64,000 nucleotides of DNA from an uncultured Candidatus Saccharibacteria bacterium (GCA_964369115.1 CAYJED010000001.1:3732-67731), one strand, 5' to 3'; shown: positions 49,043 through 59,587, counted from the first letter of the stretch. A program made the numbers and translations. The notes: generated by a model from the letters alone, not told the origin.

Positions 49043-49594
49043 ATGAAAGTCCATAATCTTGCCTTTATCGATACCGAAACAACAGGAACAGATCCAAAGC
49101 TTCATGAAATTATTGAGCTTGCGGTTATTATTGCACGACAAGTAGAACGACCAGGAAGGGGGCCAAAAATTGAGATTGTTGAAGAGTGTGAGTGGAAAAT
49201 AAAAATGGTGCACCCAGAACTTGCGGAAGAGCAAGCGCTTCGTGTTAACGGCTACAATGAAGTAGATTGGATGTTTGCAGTAGATCGTAAAAAAGCGATG
49301 GAAGAATTTGCAAAGAAGACACAAAGTTGTACGTTTGTTTCGCATAACCTTACATTTGATTACCAATTCATCATGAAGGCTTTTGAAGAAACAGGGGTAG
49401 AAAATCGTATGCACTATGCAAAGATAGATACTATCTCCCTTGCCTTTGCTCGTCTGTATGATGCTCCACAAGCAGATAAGTTTTCTCTTCGTGCGCTCTG
49501 TGAACTACTTAAGATAGAAAACAGTAAAGCTCACACTGCGCTTGCAGATACAAGAGCGCTTGTGGAGGTGTACAAAAAACTAATGGGGGCATAA
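49043..49594 (+). CDS. DEDDh 3'-5' exonuclease (DnaQ/epsilon-like)
   Basis: Exo I motif FIDTETTGTDP and Exo III H...D motif (HTALADTRAL). Confidence 0.8.
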   Translation: MKVHNLAFIDTETTGTDPKLHEIIELAVIIARQVERPGRGPKIEIVEECEWKIKMVHPELAEEQALRVNGYNEVDWMFAVDRKKAMEEFAKKTQSCTFVSHNLTFDYQFIMKAFEETGVENRMHYAKIDTISLAFARLYDAPQADKFSLRALCELLKIENSKAHTALADTRALVEVYKKLMGA

Positions 49595-49858
49595 TCACCA
49601 TTACACAACATATCGAAAAAGACGAAAAACTTGCCTGCTGGCAAGTTTTCTCATTCTTGCGCCGTCGCACTGCGAAGAGCTTTTTCTTGTATGTTATGTA
49701 ATAATGATGTAAAAGAAGGAAGAAGGAATACATAGGCAAGGCCTATGTATTTTGAAAGTGTGAAATATGTTGTAAAAAGGATTTTTAATCTATTTTTTTG
49801 ACATATTTATTTATGTGTGGTAGTTTTTTTATGTTCCTGTTCTTTGTAGGAGAATTTC

Positions 49859-50434
49859 ATGTCGAACATTATTACAGCCGATGGTCCTTATTTAGGTGAA
49901 GATCATTTTGGTTACTTTGAAATCATGCTCACACAGTTGCGTGAAAACTATCCAACGCATGTGCTCTCTGTAGTGCTTGCACCTTTTTTGCTTAACCACG
50001 AAGTTGGTTCAGAAGAGGCAGGTCAACAAATGTCGCAACTAATACAGTTTTATTCCAATCGATTTGACTGCGGTGTGGATGATGTCACAAGGCATCTTAT
50101 CCCCATTATTCGCCAGGCATGTGAAGATGTAGAAACTATCAAAAGGCTTGTTGATGAGCTTAACCAGATGAATCCAGGTCATTCGCTTCTTGCCTCTCTT
50201 TTGCCTTTCATTAACGAAAATGAAAATGATGGTAAGCAAAACGAAGAAAAGAGACTGCTCTCCTTTGCGGTCATGCAAGAAGGCCTTGTTGAACGTTACC
50301 TGTGGAATAGTTCAAATCTTGATCCGGAAGAAGGACAGACAAAAATTTCGGCAGGATTGATCGATGATTTAGAAAAAGCGGTGAATGCCTGTGAGGCTAA
50401 AGAAAGACTTGCTGTGCCGGCCTCATTTGCTTAA
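49859..50434 (+). CDS. Hypothetical protein
   Basis: 191-aa ORF. Confidence 0.5.
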   Translation: MSNIITADGPYLGEDHFGYFEIMLTQLRENYPTHVLSVVLAPFLLNHEVGSEEAGQQMSQLIQFYSNRFDCGVDDVTRHLIPIIRQACEDVETIKRLVDELNQMNPGHSLLASLLPFINENENDGKQNEEKRLLSFAVMQEGLVERYLWNSSNLDPEEGQTKISAGLIDDLEKAVNACEAKERLAVPASFA

Positions 50435-50550
50435 TAAGAATAATAAAAGTTACACACCTGTGCAAAGTTTATGCACAGGTGTTTTCTCTTTTTCAAAATA
50501 AATATATTTTGAAATAAAAAAGATGGTACGATTGTAATAAGAATAAAGTC

Positions 50551-51147
50551 ATGACATCTGCTGCTGCACAAAACGAACCTATTTCTGATGAAACTCTCGC
50601 AGAGCGTGTTATCAAAGGAGATAAAGATGCTTTTGGGGGGCTCATTGATCGTTATGAAGAAAAACTCACGCGATACGTGAAGAGATTTACACAAGAAAAG
50701 GATGATATCGATGATCTTGTTCAGGTTATTTTTATAAAAGCATATACACATTTAAATGCATTTGACACAACTCGCTCTTTTAATAGCTGGGTGTACCGTA
50801 TAGCACATAACGAAAGTGTGAACCATTTAAAGCGTAAAGGAAATCAGAAAATCTCTTTTATTGATTTTGATACCATGCTTCCACATCCTTTTGCAAAAGA
50901 AACATCCGATGATATTGCTTTTAAAAAAGAGATACAGGCAATGCTTGAGCCTCACTTGGCTAAACTGTCACCTAAGTATCGAGAAGTGCTTATTCTCTAC
51001 TACTATGATGATCTTTCGTATCAAGAAATTGGAGACGTACTCTCTATACCCACTTCCACAGTTGGTATACGCATACGAAGGGGGAAAGAGTTTCTTAAAA
51101 AGAATTTAGGAGAAAACATAACACTACAGGACTATAGTACACAGTAA
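50551..51147 (+). CDS. ECF-type RNA polymerase sigma factor
   Basis: Region 2 (YRIAHNESVNHLKR) and region 4 (EVLILYYYDDLSYQEIGDVLSIPTSTVGIRIRRG). Confidence 0.85.
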   Translation: MTSAAAQNEPISDETLAERVIKGDKDAFGGLIDRYEEKLTRYVKRFTQEKDDIDDLVQVIFIKAYTHLNAFDTTRSFNSWVYRIAHNESVNHLKRKGNQKISFIDFDTMLPHPFAKETSDDIAFKKEIQAMLEPHLAKLSPKYREVLILYYYDDLSYQEIGDVLSIPTSTVGIRIRRGKEFLKKNLGENITLQDYSTQ

Positions 51148-51152
51148 TTATC

Positions 51153-51917
51153 ATGACATCATTAAAAAATACAATTCTTGAATCAGTAAAGAAAAATGAA
51201 ATTGGCATGATTCCAAAATGGAAAATCATTCTCTACTCATCACTTGGAATCGTTTCTGTGGTGTTTGTGTTTTTGTTGTCAGTATTTTTGGGTAGCCTCT
51301 TTCTTTTTATTCTTTCTCGGCACGGTTTTATGGATCTTCCATTTTTTGTCTTTCTCTCTACCGTTCATACTCTTTCTGTTCTCCCTATTCTTCTCCTCCT
51401 CCTTACTCTTTTACTTATTATTTTGATTGAACTTATCGCAAAACGGTATGAGTTTGCTCGTAAGCGTCCACTGGTCATTTCTCTTATGGTGATAGCAAGT
51501 TTGTCGCTTCTTGTGAGCTATGCTGTTATGGCTACACCGCTTCATGAACGTATTCGTGAGCATCTTCATAAAAGTGGAAATAAAAAACTGATGCATATGT
51601 ACGATAGGCCTGCTCCATTTAAGAAGATGAAAGATGGAAGAGATGCACTTCGTGGAAAAGTGGTGGCAGTATCTTCAACTTCAACAACTCTTAAAACGTT
51701 TGACGGAAGTATTATTACGGCATATTTTGCTAACGGAGTAGGAACAAGTAGTTTGCTTGTAATTGATAATGATATTGTTATTTTTGGTAATCGCAATGAA
51801 GAAGGTTTTATGATGTACGATGTGCGTACACCTAAGCGTCCACCTTTCGGGGAAACAAGAGAGTTTCTTTTTGATAAGAAAGATGGAATGAGGGAGTTTG
51901 AAAGTATTGAAAGATAA
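51153..51917 (+). CDS. Membrane protein immediately downstream of the ECF sigma; putative anti-sigma factor
   Basis: Called on gene context. Three to four TM helices. No conserved anti-sigma domain recognised. Confidence 0.4.
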   Translation: MTSLKNTILESVKKNEIGMIPKWKIILYSSLGIVSVVFVFLLSVFLGSLFLFILSRHGFMDLPFFVFLSTVHTLSVLPILLLLLTLLLIILIELIAKRYEFARKRPLVISLMVIASLSLLVSYAVMATPLHERIREHLHKSGNKKLMHMYDRPAPFKKMKDGRDALRGKVVAVSSTSTTLKTFDGSIITAYFANGVGTSSLLVIDNDIVIFGNRNEEGFMMYDVRTPKRPPFGETREFLFDKKDGMREFESIER

Positions 51918-52039
51918 AAAGGGTTCGTGAAGTGAAATAAAATGTGTAATCAAGATGTAGTAATAAGTGAAGGAGGAGATGAAAGACGCGCGAACATTCT
52001 CCTCCTTCTTTGATTAAACTTTGAACATTTGAAACACAC

Positions 52040-52474
52040 ATGAAAAAAACACTCACAAAACTAGGCGCTGTAAGCGCTCTCACTCTAGGAGCTCTCGGTA
52101 TTGTCTCAGCTTCGGCAATGGGATTTCCAGGAATGAATAATCTTTCAACAGACGAACTTGCATCTCGACAGACAGAACTATTTACAAAACAGGCAACTCT
52201 CATCGGAGTAAGCACTGAAGAAGTAAAGAACGCTTGGGCGGAAGGGAAGGATTTCCTTACTCTTGCTAAAGAAAAAGGTCTCACCGAAACACAGCTCAAA
52301 GAAAAAATGAAAGCAGAGCGTACTGCACAGATGAAAGCACAGATGTCGGCGCTTGTAAGTAAGGGTGTTATCACTCAAGCTCAAGCTGACAAAAGAATTG
52401 CTACTATGGAAGCAAAAGCTTCAGCTAAAAAAGAAGGGCGTGGCGGCAAAGGGATGAAAGGATTTTCATTCTAA
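52040..52474 (+). CDS. Secreted helical protein, hypothetical
   Basis: Signal peptide MKKTLTKLGAVSALTLGALGIVSASA. Confidence 0.5.
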   Translation: MKKTLTKLGAVSALTLGALGIVSASAMGFPGMNNLSTDELASRQTELFTKQATLIGVSTEEVKNAWAEGKDFLTLAKEKGLTETQLKEKMKAERTAQMKAQMSALVSKGVITQAQADKRIATMEAKASAKKEGRGGKGMKGFSF

Positions 52475-52600
52475 CTTCACAAAGAGCTTACAATGCTCAT
52501 CTCCTAAAGACGGATACAAACATACTATATTTCTGCAGCAAAAAAGAATGCCACAAGCATTCTTTTTTGTTTTTACAGATTTCTTATGTATAATCAAAAA

Positions 52601-54499
52601 ATGTCACAAATACTTACTGTAAATCAAATTCGTACAAAATTCTTGCGCTACATGGAGGGGAAAGGTCACGTTGTCGTTCCTTCGGCTTCGCTTGTACCAG
52701 AAAATGACCCAACAACACTTTTTACCGGAAGTGGTATGCAGCCAATGCTTCCGTATCTTCTTGGACAGTCTCATCCACTTGGTCGCCGTATTGCAGACTC
52801 TCAGAAGTCGTTCCGTTCAGGGGACATTGAAGAGGTGGGCGATAATCGTCATACTACTTTTTTTGAAATGCTCGGTAATTGGTCTTTTGGTGATTACTTT
52901 AAGGAAGAAGAAATTACATGGATGTGGACATTTTTGATTGATGACCTTGGACTTGATCCACAACATTTTTATGTAACGTGTTTTTCCGGTAACGATGCAC
53001 TTAATGTTCCTCGTGATACATTCTCAGCAGAGCTTTGGCAGAAGCTGTTTAAAGAGAAAGGCGTTGATGCGCTTATCTCAAATACCCCAGAAGCAGGCAT
53101 GAAAGCTGGCGAGAGAATCTTTTATTATAATGAAAAGAAAAACTGGTGGTCACGCTCTGGGGTGCCACAGAATATGCCAGAAGGAGAGCCGGGAGGACCA
53201 GACTCTGAAATGTTTTATGACTTTGATCCGGCTGGTGAAAAGAAAATGCATGAAGGAAGTGCATGGGCACATGAACCTTGTCACGTAAACTGCGATTGCG
53301 GTCGTTTCCTTGAAATTGGAAATAATGTGTTTATGCAGTACAAGAAGGTGAACGGAGGATTTGAGGAACTTCCTCAAATGAACGTAGACCATGGGTCTGG
53401 GCTTGAGCGTTACGCTGCCGCTCTTCGTAATGATCCTGATGTATTTAATATTGATGTATTTGATACGCCAAAGAAAACTATTGAAGGTCTTTGTGGTGTC
53501 TCATATAAAGATGCCGACGAGAAAGGGGTGTACGGCTATCGTGTAGTGCTTGACCACATTCGCTCAACAACATTTCTTATAGGAGATGGAGTCCTTCCAG
53601 GAAACAAAGATCAAATGTACTTTGTGCGCCGTCTTGTGCGTCGTGCGGTACGCTTTGCACGTAACTTAGGAGTAACTTCTAACTTTACTGCAACGGTTGC
53701 AGGGTCATTTATTGATACGTACGGAGAAGAGTATAAAAATCTTATCGAGAAAAAGGAGATGATTATGTTTGAACTTGATAAAGAAGAGTCAAAATTCAGA
53801 AAAACGCTTGAGAACGGTATTAAGCAATTTGATAAAGTTGCAAAAGGGTCTATTTCAGGATCTGATGCATTTGATCTTCTTCAGACATATGGATTTCCTG
53901 TTGAACTTACACAAGAGCTTGCAAAAGAGCGTGGTATTGAAGTTGATATAGAAGAATTTGAAAAGCTTAAGAAAGAGCATGCTGACCAGTCTCGCACAGC
54001 TTCCGCCGGTAAGTTTAAGGGAGGGCTTGGAGGAGATGGAGAAATGGAAGTGAGGTTCCACACGGCTACACACATGCTTCATCAAGCGCTTCGTGAAGTC
54101 CTTGGCGAAACTGTTGAACAGAAGGGGTCAAATATTACACCGGAGCGTCTTCGCTTTGACTTTGCATTTGATCGTAAGATGACAGATGAAGAAAAGGGTC
54201 AGGTAGAAAATATTATTAACGCACGCATTAAAGAAGCTCTTCCTGTTATTCGTGAAGAAGTGTCTATGGATGAGGCACATACCCGTGGAGCAATTGGACT
54301 TTTTGGTGATAAATACGGTGATATGGTAAGTATTTATCGTATCGGTGAAGGGAAGAGTCGTGGAGATCAAAATCTTTTTTCAATGGAATTTTGTGGTGGG
54401 CCTCATGTAGAAAATACAAGTGTGCTTGGAACATTCTCCATTCAAAAAGAAGAGGCAGTATCTGCTGGTGTGCGTCGCATTAAAGCAGTATTACATTAA
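52601..54499 (+). CDS. alaS: Alanyl-tRNA synthetase, short form lacking the C-Ala domain
   Basis: Catalytic core (FFEMLGNWSFGDYFK) and editing-domain HxxxH (HTATHMLHQAL). Confidence 0.9.
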   Translation: MSQILTVNQIRTKFLRYMEGKGHVVVPSASLVPENDPTTLFTGSGMQPMLPYLLGQSHPLGRRIADSQKSFRSGDIEEVGDNRHTTFFEMLGNWSFGDYFKEEEITWMWTFLIDDLGLDPQHFYVTCFSGNDALNVPRDTFSAELWQKLFKEKGVDALISNTPEAGMKAGERIFYYNEKKNWWSRSGVPQNMPEGEPGGPDSEMFYDFDPAGEKKMHEGSAWAHEPCHVNCDCGRFLEIGNNVFMQYKKVNGGFEELPQMNVDHGSGLERYAAALRNDPDVFNIDVFDTPKKTIEGLCGVSYKDADEKGVYGYRVVLDHIRSTTFLIGDGVLPGNKDQMYFVRRLVRRAVRFARNLGVTSNFTATVAGSFIDTYGEEYKNLIEKKEMIMFELDKEESKFRKTLENGIKQFDKVAKGSISGSDAFDLLQTYGFPVELTQELAKERGIEVDIEEFEKLKKEHADQSRTASAGKFKGGLGGDGEMEVRFHTATHMLHQALREVLGETVEQKGSNITPERLRFDFAFDRKMTDEEKGQVENIINARIKEALPVIREEVSMDEAHTRGAIGLFGDKYGDMVSIYRIGEGKSRGDQNLFSMEFCGGPHVENTSVLGTFSIQKEEAVSAGVRRIKAVLH

Positions 54500-54523
54500 G
54501 CTTGTATAAAAGGTTGTAGCAAA

Positions 54524-54556
54524 AAAAGAGACCCCAACTAAGGGTCTCTTTTTGTT
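54524..54556 (+). terminator. Intrinsic terminator after alaS
   Basis: Stem AAAGAGACCC/GGGTCTCTTT followed by TTTG. Confidence 0.7.
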
Positions 54557-54562
54557 GTGTCC

Positions 54563-54588
54563 ACTATTAACTATTAACCATTAACTAT
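54563..54588. promoter_or_regulatory. YATTAAC heptad triple repeat upstream of the hypothetical gene at 54603
   Basis: CACTATTAACTATTAACCATTAACTAT. Confidence 0.4.
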
Positions 54589-54602
54589 ATACTGTGTACA
54601 TA

Positions 54603-54995
54603 ATGGAACAGCCAAAAAATTTTCTCTCAATTGCTGTCGGTGACACCTCTACGCTCATCAACTATCTTGTTGATGGACATATTCTTGTTTCTCATCTTCA
54701 TCCAATCGGATACAAACACATCGAAGCAGAAGGAATGAATGTTATTGCTCGCTCTAAACTTATTGATGGTGTGATGTATACACTTGAATTTGTGTCACTT
54801 CACGACAGAATACCAACTGACTTCAGACTTATTGCACCAAGGTATGCAACATGGATAGGTGAGACACTTGAAAGCGCCTCTTATTCACAGTTCTTTACAG
54901 ATGGCGTACCTATCAGTGTTACACTAGAGGGTGTTAAGGACGTTCCTCTCTCATATGCAAGACATTCGCAAACCATACACTCGTTCAAGGTCTAA
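54603..54995 (+). CDS. Hypothetical protein
   Basis: 131-aa ORF directly downstream of the heptad-repeat motif. Confidence 0.5.
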   Translation: MEQPKNFLSIAVGDTSTLINYLVDGHILVSHLHPIGYKHIEAEGMNVIARSKLIDGVMYTLEFVSLHDRIPTDFRLIAPRYATWIGETLESASYSQFFTDGVPISVTLEGVKDVPLSYARHSQTIHSFKV

Positions 54996-55119
54996 TGGCG
55001 ATCTCCAATCGCGCGTGGAGGATTTTGAGTCGCGTCACTATAAAGGTGACGACTACTACAAGGATAACCAGGAACCTGTTCAAATTCCTCTTCGTAAACC
55101 TCGCCGAGATTTGCGTGAC

Positions 55120-56355
55120 ATGGATATGTATCCTCGTCGCAGAAAAACAGATGATGAGCAAGATGATGAGTTGGAAGAATTTTATGATGAAGGTCCAAGA
55201 ACTCCTCCTCGATCAAAACCTCGCAAAAAGATCTCTCTTAAAAACGCTATCTCAATAGCTGTTGTAGTTTTTCTTTCTGTAGGAGCTTTTACCTATACAT
55301 ACGTTTTTAATAGTGCAAAAATAATTATTACACCAAAATATAAAGATGTTTCTGGGGTAAGTAAGACGTACTCTTTTTCTCCTTCATCTGATGCTTCTGC
55401 TATCCCGTACGAACTTCATACACTTTCTGTTGCAAAAGAAAAAACACTAACTAAATCAGAAACTAAAAAAGTAGAAGCAAAAGCAAGTGGTAAAATCACT
55501 GTATATAACAATTTTGATAGCAACCCTCAGCGCCTCATCAGAAACACTCGTTTTGAGTCTCCGGCTGGTAAGATTTATCGTATTAATCAATCAATTGAGG
55601 TTCCAGGCAAAAAAGGTGACACTCCTGGAAGTATCGAGGTGACGGTGTATGCTGATAATGTTGGTGCGGACTATAATCTTGATTCAGGTAATTTTAGTAT
55701 TCCAGGATTTAAGGGTACGGAACGTGAAAAAGCTTTTTATGGAACGGTAAAAACAAAAATAGAAGGAGGTGCTTCTGGAACAGTTAACTCGGTTTCTGTT
55801 GTCGATATCAATGCAGCAAAAGACTCTCTCGCGCTTTTACTTGCTAAAGAAATTAAAGAAGAAGCAACAAAGGTGGAAAAAGAAGGCAGAACACCACTTC
55901 TCGGGGCACTCCAAATTATCTATGAAGACAATGAAGAAGAGCTTCTTCGTGGAGAAGGCGATGTTTACAAGGTGACAGCAAAAGGATATCTTCCACTCGC
56001 TTCTACGCCAGCTCTTGCCGAAGCTCTTGCTCGCGATATTTCTGACTATGATGGTCATTCTGTGTATATTGGTGTTAAGGATGCTCTTAGGTATACAAAA
56101 AAGGATACCGATACTGTTACAGGCACCGGAACAGTCGCACTTCTCGTTGAAGGGGATGTAAGAATTGTATGGAAAAGTAATGTGGAAAATTTAAAAGATC
56201 TAGTGCTTGGTAAAGACAGAGATGATTTTAAACCTCTTATGAAAACAGTAGACTCTGTAGATAGTGCTGAGGTTCGTTTTTCACCGTTGTGGCTCTCTTC
56301 TTTCCCTAAAGAGTCATCAAAAATTACTGTAGAAGAAAAAAACCTTAAAGAATAA
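55120..56355 (+). CDS. Membrane-anchored hypothetical protein. Start uncertain; an upstream in-frame extension overlaps the previous gene.
   Basis: Basic, disordered N-terminus, then one TM (ISIAVVVFLSVGAFTYTYVF) and a large extracytoplasmic domain. Confidence 0.5.
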   Translation: MDMYPRRRKTDDEQDDELEEFYDEGPRTPPRSKPRKKISLKNAISIAVVVFLSVGAFTYTYVFNSAKIIITPKYKDVSGVSKTYSFSPSSDASAIPYELHTLSVAKEKTLTKSETKKVEAKASGKITVYNNFDSNPQRLIRNTRFESPAGKIYRINQSIEVPGKKGDTPGSIEVTVYADNVGADYNLDSGNFSIPGFKGTEREKAFYGTVKTKIEGGASGTVNSVSVVDINAAKDSLALLLAKEIKEEATKVEKEGRTPLLGALQIIYEDNEEELLRGEGDVYKVTAKGYLPLASTPALAEALARDISDYDGHSVYIGVKDALRYTKKDTDTVTGTGTVALLVEGDVRIVWKSNVENLKDLVLGKDRDDFKPLMKTVDSVDSAEVRFSPLWLSSFPKESSKITVEEKNLKE

Positions 56356-56413
56356 TCTTTGAGTATTGTAAATACTAGAATACTCTGCTACACTGTAGAC
56401 TCTTACGTAAACT

Positions 56414-56632
56414 ATGGATGAAAACGAAATAGATATTGAAACAGTAGAAGGGCGCGTCATTGAGGCGCTTCCAAGTACACTCTTTCGCGTAGAAACAAGT
56501 GATAAGAAGGTTCTTATTTCGTATCTCGGAGGTCGTATGCGAGTGCACAAAATTAAAGTGCTCGTTGGCGACAAAGTAATGGTTCAAGTGGATCCTTACG
56601 GAGGAAAAGGAAGAATCATCAAGCGTCTCTAA
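56414..56632 (+). CDS. infA: Translation initiation factor IF-1
   Basis: S1-like fold (GRVIEALPSTLFRVETSDKKVLISYLGGRMR). Confidence 0.9.
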   Translation: MDENEIDIETVEGRVIEALPSTLFRVETSDKKVLISYLGGRMRVHKIKVLVGDKVMVQVDPYGGKGRIIKRL

Positions 56633-56704
56633 AACAAAAGTGACCAAAAAGTAACTACATCATTCTTTTTAGCTTAGTTTTCCTAAGTTAAAAGAATGCT
56701 GAAG

Positions 56705-56733
56705 TTGCAATTTTTATTAACATATAGTATAAT
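56705..56733 (+). promoter_or_regulatory. Sigma-70-like promoter (TTGCAA-17-TATAAT) for the rpmJ / r-protein operon
   Basis: Hexamers seen in the sequence with 17-nt spacing, 17 nt upstream of the rpmJ ATG. Confidence 0.5.
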
Positions 56734-56749
56734 GTAACCCACATTTCTC

Positions 56750-56863
56750 ATGAAAGTTCGATCATCAGTAAAAACAATTTGTTCAAAATGCCAAATGCTT
56801 AAACGAGGTGGTGTTCTTCGTGTTATTTGTGAGAACCCTAAACATAAGCAAGCTCAAGGATAA
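56750..56863 (+). CDS. rpmJ: 50S ribosomal protein L36
   Basis: 37-aa [40 protein letters not shown]. This ORF is absent from the supplied track because it is short. Confidence 0.9.
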   Translation: MKVRSSVKTICSKCQMLKRGGVLRVICENPKHKQAQG

Positions 56864-56908
56864 TCTCCTTGTCTTACTAATTTAAAGTAACTATTCATTT
56901 TTTATCGT

Positions 56909-57289
56909 ATGCGTATCTCAGGTATTACACTCCCAGAAAACAAACGACTTGAAATTGCACTCACTGCAGTATACGGTGTTGGTCGTCCTCGCGCTAAAAT
57001 GATCATTGAAAAACTTGGTCTAGAGATGGGGATGCGTACCACCGAACTTACTCCTGATCAGGAAAATCTCATTCGTCGTGAAATTGAGCTTTTTAAAACA
57101 GAAGGAGATTTGAAGCGTGAAGTTCAGCAAAACATCAAGCGTCTTAAGGATATCAAAGCGTACAGAGGTGTTCGTCACATCAAGCGCCTTCCTGCTCGTG
57201 GACAGAGAACAAAAACTAACAGCCGTACCGTACGTGGAAACGTTCGTCGTACTATGGGAAGCGGACGCCGCAAGACTGAAAAGACATAA
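56909..57289 (+). CDS. rpsM: 30S ribosomal protein S13
   Basis: MRISGITLPENKRLEIALTAVYGVG... Confidence 0.93.
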   Translation: MRISGITLPENKRLEIALTAVYGVGRPRAKMIIEKLGLEMGMRTTELTPDQENLIRREIELFKTEGDLKREVQQNIKRLKDIKAYRGVRHIKRLPARGQRTKTNSRTVRGNVRRTMGSGRRKTEKT

Positions 57290-57326
57290 AAATAAAGTCT
57301 AAAGTAATAATTTATATACAAACATT

Positions 57327-57761
57327 ATGGGAAAGAAACGAATCGTAAAAAAGAATAGTTCAGGAGTTGATAGCGCACTTAAGGCGCGATCACTTGCTCG
57401 AGCAATCAAGAAGAAACTTGTTGATGGAACACTCTTTGTTGAGTCTTCTTACAACAACACTCGTCTTTCGCTTGCTGATAAAAGCGGTAACGTTATTGCT
57501 TGGTCATCATCCGGAGCTCTTGGATTTAAGGGTGCAAAGAAAGGAACTCCTTTTGCTGCTTCTAAAATCGGTGAACTTATCGGTGAAAAAGCTGAGCAGT
57601 TCGGTATCAAGGAAGTTAACGTTGTTGTTAAGGGTGTAGGGTCTGGTCGTGAGTCAGCGATCCGTGGCTTTTCAACTTTTGGGGTAGAAATTTCTTCAAT
57701 TATTGACAAGACTCCTGTTCCTCACAATGGTCCGAAGCCTCCAAAGCCTCGCCATATTTAA
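57327..57761 (+). CDS. rpsK: 30S ribosomal protein S11
   Basis: Core region NNTRLSLADKSGNVIAWSSSG. Confidence 0.93.
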   Translation: MGKKRIVKKNSSGVDSALKARSLARAIKKKLVDGTLFVESSYNNTRLSLADKSGNVIAWSSSGALGFKGAKKGTPFAASKIGELIGEKAEQFGIKEVNVVVKGVGSGRESAIRGFSTFGVEISSIIDKTPVPHNGPKPPKPRHI

Positions 57762-57784
57762 TTATTTAATCTTTAGTATAGTTT

Positions 57785-58405
57785 ATGAGTAGAATTACAT
57801 GTAAAACCTGCCGCCGACTTGGAGAGTCACTCTGTGGACGCGAAAAATGTGCGTTCAAGAAGCGACCTTACGCTCCAGGAAAGCTCGACAGTGAACGTAA
57901 GCACCGTTCAAGTGTTTCTGAATACGGTGAACAGCTTCGTGCAAAGCAGAAGATGCGTCATACTTACGGACTTATGGAGAAGCAATTCGCTATGTACGTA
58001 AAGCGTGCAACAGCTGCACACGAAACAGGTGAAGGATCTATTGCTCCATCTCTTAAGCTTGCTCGTCAGCTTGAATCACGTCTCGATAACATTGTGTATC
58101 GTGCAGGTTTTGCAACTACTCGTGCGCTTGCTCGCCAGATGGTGTCTCATGGACACATTGTGGTAAACAATCGTCGTATTAACATTGCTTCACATCAGGT
58201 AAAGATTGGTGACGTTATTGCTATCCGTGAGGGTAGTAAGTCAACAAAGCTCTTTACTAATCTTGAAGAAAAGTTAACAGCGCTTGCACCAAGTTATGTG
58301 CTTACTCTTGATCCTAAGCATTTTTCTGCAACAGTAAAAGCTGAGGTTCGTGAAGTTGAGCCAATGTTCGATACCCAAAAAGTTCTCGAATACTACTCAC
58401 GTTAG
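57785..58405 (+). CDS. rpsD: 30S ribosomal protein S4
   Basis: N-terminal Cys-rich region and S4 domain. Confidence 0.93.
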   Translation: MSRITCKTCRRLGESLCGREKCAFKKRPYAPGKLDSERKHRSSVSEYGEQLRAKQKMRHTYGLMEKQFAMYVKRATAAHETGEGSIAPSLKLARQLESRLDNIVYRAGFATTRALARQMVSHGHIVVNNRRINIASHQVKIGDVIAIREGSKSTKLFTNLEEKLTALAPSYVLTLDPKHFSATVKAEVREVEPMFDTQKVLEYYSR

Positions 58406-58569
58406 TAACTTCTTTGAACCTGTTATATCTACAACAGGTTTATTGTAGTACCACATACTTGCGTACTTTGCAATTTTAGGTTAGAATATAATAACTTTAA
58501 TTAGTACAGTGCGAGGTGCGTCTTTAGTTAACTTTCTATTAAATTTAAGGATTACTATTTATTTGTCTT

Positions 58570-59535
58570 ATGTCTTCACATTCTATCATTTTGCCATCAA
58601 AGCCAAGAATTGTTAAAGAAGATGCTGTATCAGGTGTGTATGAAATTGACGGACTCTATCCAGGGTACGGCCACACGCTTGGTAACTCACTTCGTCGTAT
58701 TATTCTTTCATCTATTCCTGGAGCTTCAATTACAGCGCTTTCTATTGATGGTGTTAAGCATGAATTTTCAGCGATTGACGGAATTAAGGAAGATGTAATT
58801 GCAATTATTCTTAACCTTAAAAAAACTCGTTTCAAGCTCCACGGTGATGATGCTCAGAAGGCAACACTTCACATTAAAGGGGCAAAGACTGTTACTGCAA
58901 AAGACATTACACTTCCAACTCAGCTTGAAGTAATGAACGCTGACCAATATATCTGCGAATCTACAGCAAAAGATGTTGATATCGCAATTGAGATCACTGT
59001 TGAAAAAGGTCTTGGATATGTTCCTCGTGAAGTTCTTCAGAAGGAGAAGGCTGATATTGGTACTATTTTCCTCGATGCGTCATTTACACCAATTCGTCGC
59101 GCAAGTTACGAAGTGGAAAACATGCGTGTTGGCGATCGTACAGATCATAACCGACTAAGAGTTACTATCGAAACTGATGGTACTATCACTCCACATGAAG
59201 CTCTTGAAAGTTCAATTCACACTATGATTACTCAACTCCAATCAATTGTTGGATTCCGTGAGCAGGTGATTGATTTTCCAAAAGATCATGCATCTATGCC
59301 AGTTGAAGCAATTTCAGTTGAGGAAGACATAAGTGATGCAAGTAAAGTTCGTGTAGAAGACCTCGGTCTTTCTACTCGCACAGAAAATGCTCTTGTTTCT
59401 GCATCTGTTCGCACTGCAGGAGGTCTTACTCGTAAGACTGAAGAGGACCTTCTTTCTCTCGATGGTCTTGGAGAAAAGGGGGTAACAGAAATTAAAAAAG
59501 CATTAGGAGATTTAGGGCTCACCCTTAAAGCGTAA
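58570..59535 (+). CDS. rpoA: DNA-directed RNA polymerase subunit alpha
   Basis: N-terminal dimerisation domain and alpha-CTD (LGLSTRTENAL). Confidence 0.93.
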   Translation: MSSHSIILPSKPRIVKEDAVSGVYEIDGLYPGYGHTLGNSLRRIILSSIPGASITALSIDGVKHEFSAIDGIKEDVIAIILNLKKTRFKLHGDDAQKATLHIKGAKTVTAKDITLPTQLEVMNADQYICESTAKDVDIAIEITVEKGLGYVPREVLQKEKADIGTIFLDASFTPIRRASYEVENMRVGDRTDHNRLRVTIETDGTITPHEALESSIHTMITQLQSIVGFREQVIDFPKDHASMPVEAISVEEDISDASKVRVEDLGLSTRTENALVSASVRTAGGLTRKTEEDLLSLDGLGEKGVTEIKKALGDLGLTLKA

Positions 59536-59587
59536 TACGCCAAAAGAGAGTACCTTTCGTTCTAGATTTAGTTAATAATTACGACGT

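Noticed and set aside
51832-52374. 180-aa minus-strand ORF
   Set aside because: Overlaps the end of the anti-sigma-like gene and a well-supported secreted-protein gene on the plus strand. No RBS, and the composition is odd.
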